Assembly: GCA_963826125.1 (NCBI GenBank)
Contig: CAWGVV010000002.1
Coordinates: 1,526,855 to 1,590,854 of the forward strand
Direction of reading: 5' to 3'
Length of the DNA: 64,000 nucleotides
Source: an uncultured delta proteobacterium
GTDB taxonomy: Bacteria; Desulfobacterota; Desulfarculia; JACQYL01; CAWGVV01
The notes under the pieces are model-generated. The model saw only the letters and a list, made by a program, of their open reading frames with translations. It ran no database searches and was not told the DNA's origin. Of the stretch, positions 47,589 through 56,360 are shown piece by piece. A program made the translations under genes and the position numbers. The number at the start of each line of letters is the position of its first letter. Position 1 is the first letter of the stretch.

Positions 47589-47921
47589 GTGACCGACGAC
47601 TGGGGACAAGACCCCTCGGTGCAGGCCATGCGGCGGGTGTTTGCCGCCATGGATAAGGAACAGCGCGATCTGCTCGGCGCCCTCGGCATCTCGCCGCTGG
47701 ACCCAAGGCTGCGCCGCGTGCGGGACCGCGCTCGCGCGCTCTACGAACTGGCCCTGACGCGGAAAGTCCAAGGAGGAGAGCGGCCGGCCGAATCCGACTC
47801 CGCCGTCCTCTACGGCCGCTGCTTTGCCCATGCCCTCGGCAACGAGGGGATAGCCGTCCCCCCCGAGCTTCTCTCAACGGACCCGGTGCCGTTCCCCGGA
47901 ACCAGGGGGGTGATTTCGTGA
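47589..47921 (+). CDS. hypothetical protein
   Basis: 110 codons with a GTG start and strong GC3 bias. 4-nt (GTGA) overlap with the next ORF. No family recognised. Confidence 0.4.
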   Translation: MTDDWGQDPSVQAMRRVFAAMDKEQRDLLGALGISPLDPRLRRVRDRARALYELALTRKVQGGERPAESDSAVLYGRCFAHALGNEGIAVPPELLSTDPVPFPGTRGVIS

Positions 47922-48253
47922 TTCGTCTTCGCCTCTTCGGCCGATGCAGAATCTATCACGATCCGGTGAGCCCCGTGCTGCGGGCGCCGGCTCAGATCGG
48001 ATGGGACGCGTGGTTCCGCACCATCGATCTGGTGACCCCGCGCAAGCTCAAGGGTGAGGAACTGCTCATGCGCACCCGCGGCTGGTGGACGGTGGAACCG
48101 GACGGCGTGCACGAAACGGTCGCCGCCCACGGAAAACTGGTGGTGGGCGACGGCGGGGAACTCATGGTGGAACTGGAAGATCGACAGGCCGCGGATCGGC
48201 TGGCCGCCGCCCTGGAAGCGCGGTTCGGCGACCAGGTGATGATCTGTCCGTAG
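47918..48253 (+). CDS. hypothetical protein
   Basis: 111 codons with GC3 bias, translationally coupled to the previous ORF. No family recognised. Confidence 0.4.
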   Translation: MIRLRLFGRCRIYHDPVSPVLRAPAQIGWDAWFRTIDLVTPRKLKGEELLMRTRGWWTVEPDGVHETVAAHGKLVVGDGGELMVELEDRQAADRLAAALEARFGDQVMICP

Positions 48254-48278
48254 GAGATGATGGAGAATGGAATGAGTC

Positions 48279-48333
48279 GGGGAACCTCCTTTTGACAAAA
48301 GGCGGTTCCCCGAGCCCCTCCGTGAAAATGTTC
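48279..48333 (+). repeat. repeat family R2, copy 1: long hairpin GGGGAACCTCCTTTTG-A-CAAAAGGCGGTTCCCC plus tail GAGCCCCTCCGTGAAAATGTTC
   Basis: 15/16 complementary arms. Related copies lie at 53804-53857 and 54264-54322. Confidence 0.65.
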
Positions 48334-48399
48334 AGGCCGCCCCGCTTTCCGCGGGGCGGGATTCTGCTGTTGCTGTAAGCCGTTGAACAAACGAACGTC

Positions 48400-48419
48400 A
48401 CCCCGGCGAAAGCCGGGGT
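48400..48419. repeat. GC hairpin ACCCCGGC-GAAA-GCCGGGGT
   Basis: Perfect 8-bp stem with a GAAA tetraloop, between the R2 and R1 copies. Confidence 0.6.
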
Positions 48420-48483
48420 CCGGAAGTATTTGAAAAGACTCGCCGCTTTCGTCGAAATGACGAAGCAAGGGGCTTCCTTCTCA

Positions 48484-48512
48484 TGTCATTTCGAGCGACA
48501 GCGAGAAATCTC
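48484..48512 (+). repeat. R1 repeat, copy 3
   Basis: TGTCATTTCGAGCGACAGCGAGAAATCTC. Confidence 0.7.
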
Positions 48513-48613
48513 ATTCGGTATACCGGCCGCCCCGTAAAAACGATGGTTGGCGGACGCCCGCCTGAAAATTCGAAACCCGAACGGCTACCGACAGACTGCG
48601 GGAGGAAAGGTCC

Positions 48614-49006
48614 ATGGGAGTGTGGCGGAAACCGCCCCGGGAAGTGATCGATCTCTTTTACGAATGTCTTCCCAACGATTACGGCGTGGAGCCGCGCCGG
48701 ATGTTCGGCTGTCCCTGCGCGTTCGTGAACGGGAACCTGTTCACCGGCGTGCACCAGGAGAACATCTTCATGCGGCTGGGGGAAGAGGACCGGAAAGTGA
48801 TCCTCGATCTGCCCGGCTCATGCCATTTCGAACCTCTGGTCGGCCGCCCCATGCGCGAATACGTGGTTGCGCCGCCGAAGCTCATGGTCGACCCGGGGCT
48901 GCTCAGGCAGTGGATGGCCCGGTCCCTGTCCTACGCTGCGTCGCTTCCACCCCGGACCAAAAAAGAAAAATCCGCCCGAAGGAAGAAATCCTCCGGACGG
49001 AGTTGA
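48614..49006 (+). CDS. TfoX/Sxy N-terminal-domain family protein
   Basis: RRMFGCPCAFVNGNLFTGVHQENIFMRL is typical of the TfoX_N domain. Confidence 0.78.
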   Translation: MGVWRKPPREVIDLFYECLPNDYGVEPRRMFGCPCAFVNGNLFTGVHQENIFMRLGEEDRKVILDLPGSCHFEPLVGRPMREYVVAPPKLMVDPGLLRQWMARSLSYAASLPPRTKKEKSARRKKSSGRS

Positions 49007-49166
49007 GAACGCCACGCCTTTTATTGAGATCTCGGGATTGCGCGCTTTCCGTACTCGAGCGGATCGCCACTCCATAATTGTCAGGTGGAAGGCACCACCC
49101 TTACGCACGATTCACGTGCAATCCCATAACTTTCTTGACTTGAAGATAAGGCCGTTTCCGGCCGGG

Positions 49167-50357
49167 TCAAGCGCATTTTCCGAAGAGTCCCGTTTTTTGG
49201 AATTCCCCGATTTCATCCTCGGTGTACCCCAACCCGCTCATCACTTCACGGGTGTGTTCGTCCGCCCGGCCGCCGGCCGTTGTCGGGCGGGCGGGAGTTT
49301 CCGAAAAACGGATCGGCACGCCCGGCTGCTTCACCGGCGTGCCGTCAGACAGCGGTACCTCCACGATCCATTCCCGCTCCCGCGCCAGAGGCTGCGCGTA
49401 CGCTTCCCGCAGATCGAGCACCGGTTCCACGCATGCATCCGTCCCCGCGAACACGGCCTCCCACTCGTCGCGTGTCTTCGTCCCGATGACGACGCGCAGC
49501 TGTTCCTTCACTCCGTCCACGTCGCCGGGCATCACCGAACCGCTCGACAGGTCCGGCCTTCCGACGGCATCGCAGAAGGAAGCGAAAAACTGAGGCTCCA
49601 GACACCCGACGCTCAGATACTTGCCGTCCAGCGTTTCGTAGAAATCGTACAGGGAACCCCCGTTCAGCCGGGAATCCTCGTAGCAGGGGACTTTTTCGTC
49701 CACCAGAAAGGCCGCCCCCCGCATGCAGTTCAAGGCGGCCATGCCGTCGGCCATGGAAACGTCGATGAACTGTCCCTGCCCGGTGAAGGTGCGATGGACC
49801 ACGGCGGCCAGAATACCGATGACCGCATGGCACGAACCGCCCGTCAGGTCCGCGACCTGGGATCCGAACAGGACGGGGCCTCCGGCTCTGCGTCCCGAAT
49901 AGGACATGATGCCCGAGCGCGCCAGGTAGTTGATGTCGTGCCCGGCGCGATGGGCGAGCGGTCCGGTCTGGCCGTATCCGGTGATGGAACAGTAGATCAC
50001 GGCCGGATTCACCTTGCGCACGGCGGGGTAGTCCAACCCCAGCCGGGCCATGACGCCGGGGCGAAACTGTTCCACCAGCACGTCGTGGCCGGCGAGCAGC
50101 CGATGCACGACCCCGGTCGCCCGGTCGTCCTTCAGGTTCAGGTGCATGGACCGCTTGCCGCGCCGCAGCCATGCGGTAGTGGAGGAAATTTCGGTGCCGG
50201 GAATGAAGGGGGGAGCGAGATTGTTGAAAGCGGGCCGGTCGGGCGCGCGGATGCACAGCACCTCCGCACCCATATCGGCCATCATCATCGTGGCGTAGGG
50301 CCCCGGCAGAAGGGTGGTGAAATCGAGGACTTTCAATCCGGCCAGCGGTCCCGGCAT
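49167..50357 (-). CDS. family III CoA-transferase (CaiB/BaiF / alpha-methylacyl-CoA racemase-like)
   Basis: PLAGLKVLDFTTLLPGPYATMMMADMGAEV, GHDINY, and FGSQVADLTGG. Confidence 0.9.
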   Translation of the reverse strand: MPGPLAGLKVLDFTTLLPGPYATMMMADMGAEVLCIRAPDRPAFNNLAPPFIPGTEISSTTAWLRRGKRSMHLNLKDDRATGVVHRLLAGHDVLVEQFRPGVMARLGLDYPAVRKVNPAVIYCSITGYGQTGPLAHRAGHDINYLARSGIMSYSGRRAGGPVLFGSQVADLTGGSCHAVIGILAAVVHRTFTGQGQFIDVSMADGMAALNCMRGAAFLVDEKVPCYEDSRLNGGSLYDFYETLDGKYLSVGCLEPQFFASFCDAVGRPDLSSGSVMPGDVDGVKEQLRVVIGTKTRDEWEAVFAGTDACVEPVLDLREAYAQPLAREREWIVEVPLSDGTPVKQPGVPIRFSETPARPTTAGGRADEHTREVMSGLGYTEDEIGEFQKTGLFGKCA

Positions 50358-50408
50358 GGTACGGTCCTCCTCTTCCCGATTGATGCGGACGGCGTTAATG
50401 CCGCTCCG

Positions 50409-50909
50409 TCAGTCGACGCGGGAAAACTTGGCCTTCACCGCGCCGCATACCGGACAGTTGTCCGGCGCCTCGTCCTCCGCTATGTAGCCGCACACGCCGC
50501 ACACCCAGTATTCGGTTTCCCGATCGGAGAGCATGTCGTTCATGGCTTTCTTGTACAAGTCGGCGTGTCGGTTTTCCACGTCCCGCGCCTGGCTGAAGGC
50601 GTTCACGGCCGCCTTCTGTTCCTCGTCCGAGGCAGTTTTAATGAGGGTGGGGTACTCGTCCACGTTGGCCTTGATTTCACTGTTGAAGGCCGCGTCCAGG
50701 TTTTCCTCGGTGGAACCGATTTTGCCCCGCATGAGCATCAGATAGCGCCGGGCATGCACCGACTCGGCGGCGCTCACCGCCCGAAACAGCCGGCTGATCT
50801 GCGTATATCCTTCCTGGTCCGCCTTGGCGGCGAATGCCTTGTTCCGTTCGGCGGCCTTTGATTCGGCGGCAAAGGCGTATCCTAGGTTCTTGTCCGTTTT
50901 TTCTCCCAT
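50409..50909 (-). CDS. rbr: rubrerythrin
   Basis: Diiron ferritin-like domain (ESKAAERNKAF..., AAESVHARRY) plus a C-terminal rubredoxin-like CGVCGY...CPVCG. GGGAGG RBS immediately after the stop of the upstream gene. Confidence 0.9.
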   Translation of the reverse strand: MGEKTDKNLGYAFAAESKAAERNKAFAAKADQEGYTQISRLFRAVSAAESVHARRYLMLMRGKIGSTEENLDAAFNSEIKANVDEYPTLIKTASDEEQKAAVNAFSQARDVENRHADLYKKAMNDMLSDRETEYWVCGVCGYIAEDEAPDNCPVCGAVKAKFSRVD

Positions 50910-50923
50910 TCCGAAATCCTCCC

Positions 50924-52507
50924 TCACTCGCGAATCGAAACCTGCTCCCCCGCGTGGGGCACAAAAGCCGGAAAACCTTCACGGTCCAGCAACTTGGCAA
51001 AGGCCGTGGCCTGATCTTCTTCGCCGTGCACCACGGCGATCCTTTTTACCTCCAGATTGGACGTTTTCAGGAAGCCGAGGAGTTCGTTCCGGTCGGCGTG
51101 AGCGCTGAAGCCGTCCAGTTTCACCACCCGGGCCTTCAACGGGTAGGTCTTGTTGAGGAACCTGATTTCCGGGGCCGGGCCGCTTCGGCCGTGTTCTTCG
51201 TATTCCAGACCCTTCTCCAGGATGCGGCGCCCGAGGGTGTTCTCCGCCATGTAACCCACGATGAGGATGGTGGCGCGCTCGTCGTGCACCTTGTAGCGCA
51301 GGTGGTGCAGGATACGGCCTCCTTCGCACATGCCCGACGAGGAGATGACTACGTGGGGGCCCTCCTTCCGCATGAGAGCCATGGAGTCTTCCACCGATTC
51401 CACGTACTGTATCTGCTCGAACTGGAATGGATTCTGCCCCCGGCTCAGGAACGTTTCCTGCGTTTCCCGGTCGTAGACTTCGGGATGCTCGCCGAACACC
51501 CTCGTGATCTTGGTGGCCAGCGGGCTATCCACGTAGACGGGCACCCGGGGAACTTCCCTGTTGTTGTAGAGTTCGTGGAGCACGTACACCAGTTCCTGGG
51601 TACGGCCGTAGGCAAAGGAGGGGATAAGCACCGTGCCGCCCCGGCCCAGCGTATCCACGAGCGCCCGGGCAAGCCGGTCCTTCAGATCTTCCACCGGCTC
51701 GTGCAGCCGGTTTCCGTAGGTGCTCTCCATAACGAGGAGGTCCAGGTTCCGGTCTTCCGCTGCGAAATCGAGCGCGGGGTCCCGCAGGATGGGTTTGCCT
51801 ATCCTGCCCAGATCCCCGGTGTAGCCGACGGTATATTGCTTCCCGTTTTCCCGGACGTTGAGGATACAGATGGCCGAACCTAGGATGTGGCCGGCCTCGT
51901 AGAACGTGCACCGGACGCCCCGGCCGCAGGTGACCGGGTAGCGGTAGGGATAGCCGTCGAAGAATCCCAAGGCGGTTCGCGCGTCTTCCATGGTGTAGAG
52001 CGGGCTTACCGCTTCCAGGTGGTATTCCGCCAGAAGATCGTTGATGATCTCATTGTTGAGGTCGTGCCGGCCTTTTTTCAGGAGCTGCTTTATCCGGCGT
52101 ACCTGGCGGTGGGAAACCTGCCCGGTGCGGGGCGATGTTTTCATCTGGTACAGCAGGGACCGGACGGTTTTGTAGTTGAGGTAGGCGGCGTCCGATTCCT
52201 GGATTTTGGCGCTGTCCTGCAGCAGGTAGCCCGCGGCGTCGGCGGTGGGCCGCGTGCAGAGGATACGGCCGTTGAACCGTTCCCGGGTCACCAGGGGAAT
52301 GCGGCCCGAATGGTCCACGTGGGCGTGGGAGAGCACCACGTTGGTGAGAATGCGCGGATCGAACGGCAGGGTCCTGTTTTTGAGTTCGCTCTCCTTCCGG
52401 CGGCCCTGGTACATGCCGCAGTCCAGCAGAATGCGATCTTCTTCCGTGGTGATGAGGTGCATGGAGCCGGTCACTTCCCGCGCCGCTCCGTAGAACGTCA
52501 TATGCAT
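50924..52507 (-). CDS. MBL-fold beta-CASP ribonuclease (CPSF/RNase J-like)
   Basis: HAHVDHSG motif, beta-CASP segment, and a C-terminal RNA-metabolising domain (GFSAHADRNEL). Confidence 0.88.
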   Translation of the reverse strand: MHMTFYGAAREVTGSMHLITTEEDRILLDCGMYQGRRKESELKNRTLPFDPRILTNVVLSHAHVDHSGRIPLVTRERFNGRILCTRPTADAAGYLLQDSAKIQESDAAYLNYKTVRSLLYQMKTSPRTGQVSHRQVRRIKQLLKKGRHDLNNEIINDLLAEYHLEAVSPLYTMEDARTALGFFDGYPYRYPVTCGRGVRCTFYEAGHILGSAICILNVRENGKQYTVGYTGDLGRIGKPILRDPALDFAAEDRNLDLLVMESTYGNRLHEPVEDLKDRLARALVDTLGRGGTVLIPSFAYGRTQELVYVLHELYNNREVPRVPVYVDSPLATKITRVFGEHPEVYDRETQETFLSRGQNPFQFEQIQYVESVEDSMALMRKEGPHVVISSSGMCEGGRILHHLRYKVHDERATILIVGYMAENTLGRRILEKGLEYEEHGRSGPAPEIRFLNKTYPLKARVVKLDGFSAHADRNELLGFLKTSNLEVKRIAVVHGEEDQATAFAKLLDREGFPAFVPHAGEQVSIRE

Positions 52508-52542
52508 GGAAATACCCGTACCCTCAAAGGCCGGAGGGCTTT

Positions 52543-53562
52543 CTATACGTTGAACCGTACGTTCATGATGTCGCCGTCCTGGACGATGTAATCCTTCCCT
52601 ACCACGCGCATCAGCCCGGCTTTTTTCAAAGCCGCTTCAGATCCGTGGGACAGCACGTCTTCCCAGCGCATGATCTCCGCCCGGATGAACCCTCTCTTGA
52701 GGTCCGTATGGATGGTCCCGGCGGCATCGTCGGCCTGGGCGCCCCGGTGGATGGTCCAGGCCCGCACTTCATCCTCGCCCACCGTGAAGAAGCTGATGAG
52801 GTCCAGTGCCCGGTAGCTGGCGGCGATGAGACGATCCAGCGCACTCTCCTCGATCCCCAGGTCCGCCATGAACTCCTGCCGCTCCTCGGGTCCCAGTTCG
52901 GCCAGTTCCGCTTCGATGCGCGCCCGTATCACCACGGCGTCGTCACCACCCAGGTCGGGAGGTTCGGGGTTTTCGTCCTCGTTGTTGGCCACCAGGATCA
53001 GCGGACGGCCCGACAGCAGACCGAACCCGCGCATGCGCGGGTGGCCGGCAAGTTCCGGAGACTCCCGGAGCGGCTTTTCTTCCGAAAGGAGCCGATGGGC
53101 TTCTTCCACCATCTGCGCTTCTTCGGGGTCGGGTTTTCTCCCGCGCTGCCGCTCCTTCTCCATCCGCTCCAACCTTCGTTCGATGGTGATGAGGTCGTTG
53201 AGGATCAGTTCGTCCTGGAAACTGCGGTGGTCCGACAGGGGGGACGGATCTCCCAGACCGGCGTCGAAGTTGCGTACGACTTCCACCAGTCCGTCGGCCG
53301 TCCGGAGTTCGTCGGGCAGCTTGGAAGTGGGGTCGTCGGCCTTGACCATCACCGGCGGCGGGTCAACGTAGTTGATCTGGGCATGGATGGTTTTCTTCGG
53401 GTGATAGAGCGCCGACAGACGGTCCACACGGTCGTCGGGCACGGATAGCAACGCCTGATTGCTCTCGTCCCTTCCCCGCCCGTCGGACAGGCGGCGGCTG
53501 GTGAGCGCGGCGAAAATGGTCGTCTTCCCGCCACCCGGCATGCCGCAGAGTGCGAGCTTCAT
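52543..53562 (-). CDS. ychF: YchF/OLA1-type ATPase (divergent P-loop)
   Basis: P-loop GMPGGGKTT. The C-terminal YchF signature is FFTVGEDEVRAWTIHRGAQADDAAGTIHTDLKRGFIRAEI...GKDYIVQDGDIMNVRFNV. Start at ATG 53562 after GGAGG. Confidence 0.85.
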   Translation of the reverse strand: MKLALCGMPGGGKTTIFAALTSRRLSDGRGRDESNQALLSVPDDRVDRLSALYHPKKTIHAQINYVDPPPVMVKADDPTSKLPDELRTADGLVEVVRNFDAGLGDPSPLSDHRSFQDELILNDLITIERRLERMEKERQRGRKPDPEEAQMVEEAHRLLSEEKPLRESPELAGHPRMRGFGLLSGRPLILVANNEDENPEPPDLGGDDAVVIRARIEAELAELGPEERQEFMADLGIEESALDRLIAASYRALDLISFFTVGEDEVRAWTIHRGAQADDAAGTIHTDLKRGFIRAEIMRWEDVLSHGSEAALKKAGLMRVVGKDYIVQDGDIMNVRFNV

Positions 53563-53640
53563 TTGATGTTCCTCCGATTTTCCGTATTCGGCCGAGACTC
53601 CGGCGCTTTTTTGTCGCACACGGCTCGGACCGTGTCAACG

Positions 53641-53800
53641 GGAATTGAGGAAGAGAGCGAAAAGAGGAAAGGTGAGGCGAAAGAGTAAGGAGGAAGAGAG
53701 GGGAGAGGGAGACAAAAGAGGGAACGGAAAGCGGGAGCGGAAAGAGGAAGGGAAGAGAAGAAAAAAGTGAGGGGAAGTGATGGGAAGAAGAAATAATGCG
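53641..53800 (+). repeat. ~160-bp polypurine (G/A) / polypyrimidine tract
   Basis: Hand count gives about 16 pyrimidines in 160 nt on the + strand, with at least 12 GGA triplets. It lies 80-240 nt upstream of the ychF start codon. Confidence 0.9.
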
Positions 53801-53803
53801 GCG

Positions 53804-53857
53804 GGGGAAACCCTTTTGACAAAGGGTTTTCCCCGCACCCCCTTCCCAAACTTTCTC
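53804..53857 (+). repeat. repeat family R2, copy 2
   Basis: GGGGAAACCCTTTTGACAAAGGGTTTTCCCC plus tail GCACCCCCTTCCCAAACTTTCTC. Confidence 0.65.
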
Positions 53858-53895
53858 GGCTGCTTCGCAAAAACGACCGAAAATTTTGGCGGCGG

Positions 53896-53922
53896 GATTT
53901 CTCGCTGCCGCTCGAAATGACA
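53896..53922 (-). repeat. R1 repeat, copy 4 (inverted)
   Basis: GATTTCTCGCTGCCGCTCGAAATGACA is the reverse complement of TGTCATTTCGAGCGGCAGCGAGAAATC. Confidence 0.7.
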
Positions 53923-54109
53923 TACTCCGTCCCTCCTTCGCTGCTGTATGGAATGAGTGGAGTGTGGTCGCTGCCGAAATTGAATTCGGGTTAGGAGGGA
54001 TTTTCCTGCCCGCGATATCGACCGGCCGGTCGCCCTACCATGGATCGGGAAGGAACTATTTAAAATGAAAGCCGAAAAAAGGCACAGTCGGGGTACACGG
54101 AAGGAAGGT

Positions 54110-54133
54110 AGGGGCGTATTGCAATACGCCCCT
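54110..54133. repeat. perfect 24-bp palindrome AGGGGCGTATTG|CAATACGCCCCT
   Basis: 12-bp arms with no spacer. Confidence 0.7.
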
Positions 54134-54194
54134 GTCATAGTAACTATTTGTTTTCACGATGAATAGCACGGTAGAATTCGTATGGGGAGGCCCT

Positions 54195-54222
54195 GTGGGG
54201 GCACGGCATGCCGTACCCCCAC
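54195..54222. repeat. near-perfect 28-bp palindrome GTGGGGGCACGGCA|TGCCGTACCCCCAC
   Basis: 13 of 14 arm positions are complementary. Confidence 0.65.
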
Positions 54223-54263
54223 GAACAACGCAAAAGAATCGCCTGGAATGCCGTTCGAAAATT

Positions 54264-54322
54264 CTGAAAAGTTTTTGGGGGAGGGTTCGGGAGGACCCTT
54301 TTTGTCGAAAAAGGGTCCTCCC
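54264..54322 (-). repeat. repeat family R2, copy 3 (inverted orientation)
   Basis: Perfect 15-bp stem GGGAGGACCCTTTTT-GTCG-AAAAAGGGTCCTCCC, preceded by the reverse-complemented tail (GAAAAGTTTTTGGGGGAGGGTTC). Confidence 0.65.
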
Positions 54323-54366
54323 GATATACTTTTCCGTTCGATTACCTACAGGAACGACGACTATTC

Positions 54367-55701
54367 TTATTCCTCGTCGCCGCCCTCATCATCTTCGTCG
54401 GGGATCATTTCCGGAGGGATGATCATGGCTTCGCAGATCAGTTCCTTGAACTGGACGATCTTGATGCCGAGGTCGTATTCCTTGTTGAGGTCGGTGATCT
54501 GGTCGAAGCAGTTGTGGCAGGGAACGACCAGCAGTTTGGCTCCCGTGGCCCGTATCTGGTCGGCCTTTACCTTGCCCGACGCCAATCGGTCCTTGCGCAT
54601 TTCGCCGCCCATGGGCATGGCGCCTCCGCCTCCGCCGCAGCAGAAGTTGAGGTTGCCGTGGGGGTTCATGTCGCGGAAATCGGTGCAGAGCTGGTTCACC
54701 AGATACCGGGCATCTTCTTCAAGCCCGCCGCTCCGGGAGACGTTGCAGGGGTCCTGATAGGTTACCGGCACGGTGACTCTCTTGGACGGATCGAGCTTGA
54801 TCCTCCCTGTCCGAACGTAGTCCGCGAAAATTTCCACCGAGTGGAGGACCTTCTGTTTGGGGTCGTACCCCAGCCAGGCGGGCGCTTCCCATTTGACCGC
54901 CCGGTAGGCGTGGCCGCATTCGGTAATGGCCACGTATTCCGCGTTCAGTTCGGTCGCGGCATTGAAGGTCTGTTCCACGATGTATCTGGCCGTCTTGGTA
55001 TCGCCCGCGAACATGGCCAGATTGGTGTCGTCCCAGCCGTAGGTGGGGACGGTCCAGTTCTCCTTGGCCACGTTGAAGATCTTGGCCGCGTACTGGATGT
55101 CCATGGGATAGAACTTGGGTTCCCGTGCGTTCACCGTGTACATGATCCGGGCGTTTTTTTTGTTGATGGGGATGGTCGCTCCCTTGATTTCCTCCCGGAG
55201 TTCCTCTTCCATCCACTGAATGGTGTCGACCCATTCCTCTTCGGTGACCGCCATCTGGTTGCCGCTGGCGACATAGTTGGCGATGGCCGCGGTGAGGCCC
55301 TTGGGTGCGCGGCCGATGCCGGTCAGGATGGACCGCAGGGTGGAGATCATGCTGGCCATGTCGATGCCGAAGGGACAGAACAGGGTGCAGCGCCTGCACA
55401 TGGTGCACTCGTGGAAGGCCCGCTTGTAGCACTCGTCCAGGAAAGCTTCGTCCACTTCGCCCTTCTTTTTATAAAGATCCGTGAGCATCCGCACCTTGTA
55501 CGAGGGGATCATCTTCGGGTCGTTATCGTGGGCCAGGTAGTAGTGACACGTATCGGCGCACAGGGCGCAATGGGCGCACATGTCCATCCACATCTTCAGC
55601 CGTGCGTTCTTCTTTTCCTTCAGGAACTGCTTGATGGCCTGAACGTCGACGGGCGGCTTCGGCTTTTCCCCGGTTTCTTTTTGGATCTGTTCGGTGCTCA
55701 T
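54367..55701 (-). CDS. (Fe-S)-binding CCG-domain oxidoreductase subunit (DsrK/HdrD/HmeD-like)
   Basis: Two ferredoxin-type motifs (CAHCALCADTC, CTMCRRCTLFCP) followed by two Cys-rich CCG-type segments (ECGHAY..., PCNVSR, CCGGGG, VPCHNC). Confidence 0.85.
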   Translation of the reverse strand: MSTEQIQKETGEKPKPPVDVQAIKQFLKEKKNARLKMWMDMCAHCALCADTCHYYLAHDNDPKMIPSYKVRMLTDLYKKKGEVDEAFLDECYKRAFHECTMCRRCTLFCPFGIDMASMISTLRSILTGIGRAPKGLTAAIANYVASGNQMAVTEEEWVDTIQWMEEELREEIKGATIPINKKNARIMYTVNAREPKFYPMDIQYAAKIFNVAKENWTVPTYGWDDTNLAMFAGDTKTARYIVEQTFNAATELNAEYVAITECGHAYRAVKWEAPAWLGYDPKQKVLHSVEIFADYVRTGRIKLDPSKRVTVPVTYQDPCNVSRSGGLEEDARYLVNQLCTDFRDMNPHGNLNFCCGGGGGAMPMGGEMRKDRLASGKVKADQIRATGAKLLVVPCHNCFDQITDLNKEYDLGIKIVQFKELICEAMIIPPEMIPDEDDEGGDEE

Positions 55702-56360
55702 ATGGAGTACCCCCTCCTTCCGAATTCAATTCCTGCCGCGCCGCGGGAGAAAAAGAAGAGGACATAATGGATCAGCTTGGTGAACGGGATAAGGATCAGC
55801 ATCAGCTCCCCGCTCAACACGTGGATAAGGTGAATGGTGCCCGAATCGATGACCGATCCGAGTGTTCCGTGTGCGCTCAGGTAGCCGGTGAGGAACGGAA
55901 GACCGGCAACCGCCAGGGCCAGGTAATCGGACGCCGTGGTGATGATGCGGGCGTCGGGGGAAATCATCCGTCGAAGGATGAAGAAGACGACCACGGCCAG
56001 CACGATGAGAGTCATCCAGTCCGCCCACGCGTCGGGCATGGTCCACCAGGACCATCCGAAGCGCGAGTCTTCCCAGAGGCTCACGTGGGTGGCATAGAAA
56101 ATGGGCACCATCAATAAACAGAAATGGAAGACGTATCCGGCCACCGTGTAGACGGGATTTTTCCTCAGGTCCCGGTTCAACGGGAGGAGCCAGCGGAAGA
56201 TGGTGAGCAGCACCCATTTGATGTTGAAATGTTTGTAAATGATTTTATCGCGCTTGGTGCTCATGGAGATAAGCATGCCGACTTTCAGGATCGTACCGAG
56301 AATGAACACGAGGAACGCGATCCACAGCAAGGGTCCTTCCACAAACTCTGAGAATGTCAT
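55698..56360 (-). CDS. NarI-like dihaem cytochrome b membrane subunit (DsrM/HmeC-like)
   Basis: 220 aa with five helices and conserved His in helices 2 and 5 (YVFHFCLL, IHLIHVLSG). 4-nt overlap with the downstream Fe-S subunit gene. Confidence 0.7.
   Translation of the reverse strand: MTFSEFVEGPLLWIAFLVFILGTILKVGMLISMSTKRDKIIYKHFNIKWVLLTIFRWLLPLNRDLRKNPVYTVAGYVFHFCLLMVPIFYATHVSLWEDSRFGWSWWTMPDAWADWMTLIVLAVVVFFILRRMISPDARIITTASDYLALAVAGLPFLTGYLSAHGTLGSVIDSGTIHLIHVLSGELMLILIPFTKLIHYVLFFFSRGAAGIEFGRRGYSI

Noticed and set aside
48867-50861. 664-aa ORF on the + strand. Similar shadow ORFs lie at 7521-9179, 17915-19483, 19520-20539, 32708-33961, 37059-38501, 40142-41734, 43417-44631 and 54514-55767
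   Set aside because: Each lies opposite a gene with clear family motifs (CoA-transferase/rubrerythrin, kinases, MCPs, ispH, cobT, DsrK-like). None has a recognisable domain.
53641-53800. Polypurine tract as a CsrB/RsmZ-like CsrA-sponge sRNA or as a CRISPR-like array
   Set aside because: It contains many GGA triplets, but an almost pure purine RNA cannot form the stem-loops that present GGA in known Csr sponges. There are no regularly spaced identical repeats or spacers, so it is not CRISPR. It is kept only as a compositional anomaly.
53363-54138. ORFs 53363-53923, 53559-53870 and 53635-54138 on the - strand
   Set aside because: They are translations of the polypyrimidine strand and of palindromic repeats (S/L/P/F low complexity, MTGAYCNTPLP-type repeat peptides). 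There is no RBS or coding periodicity.
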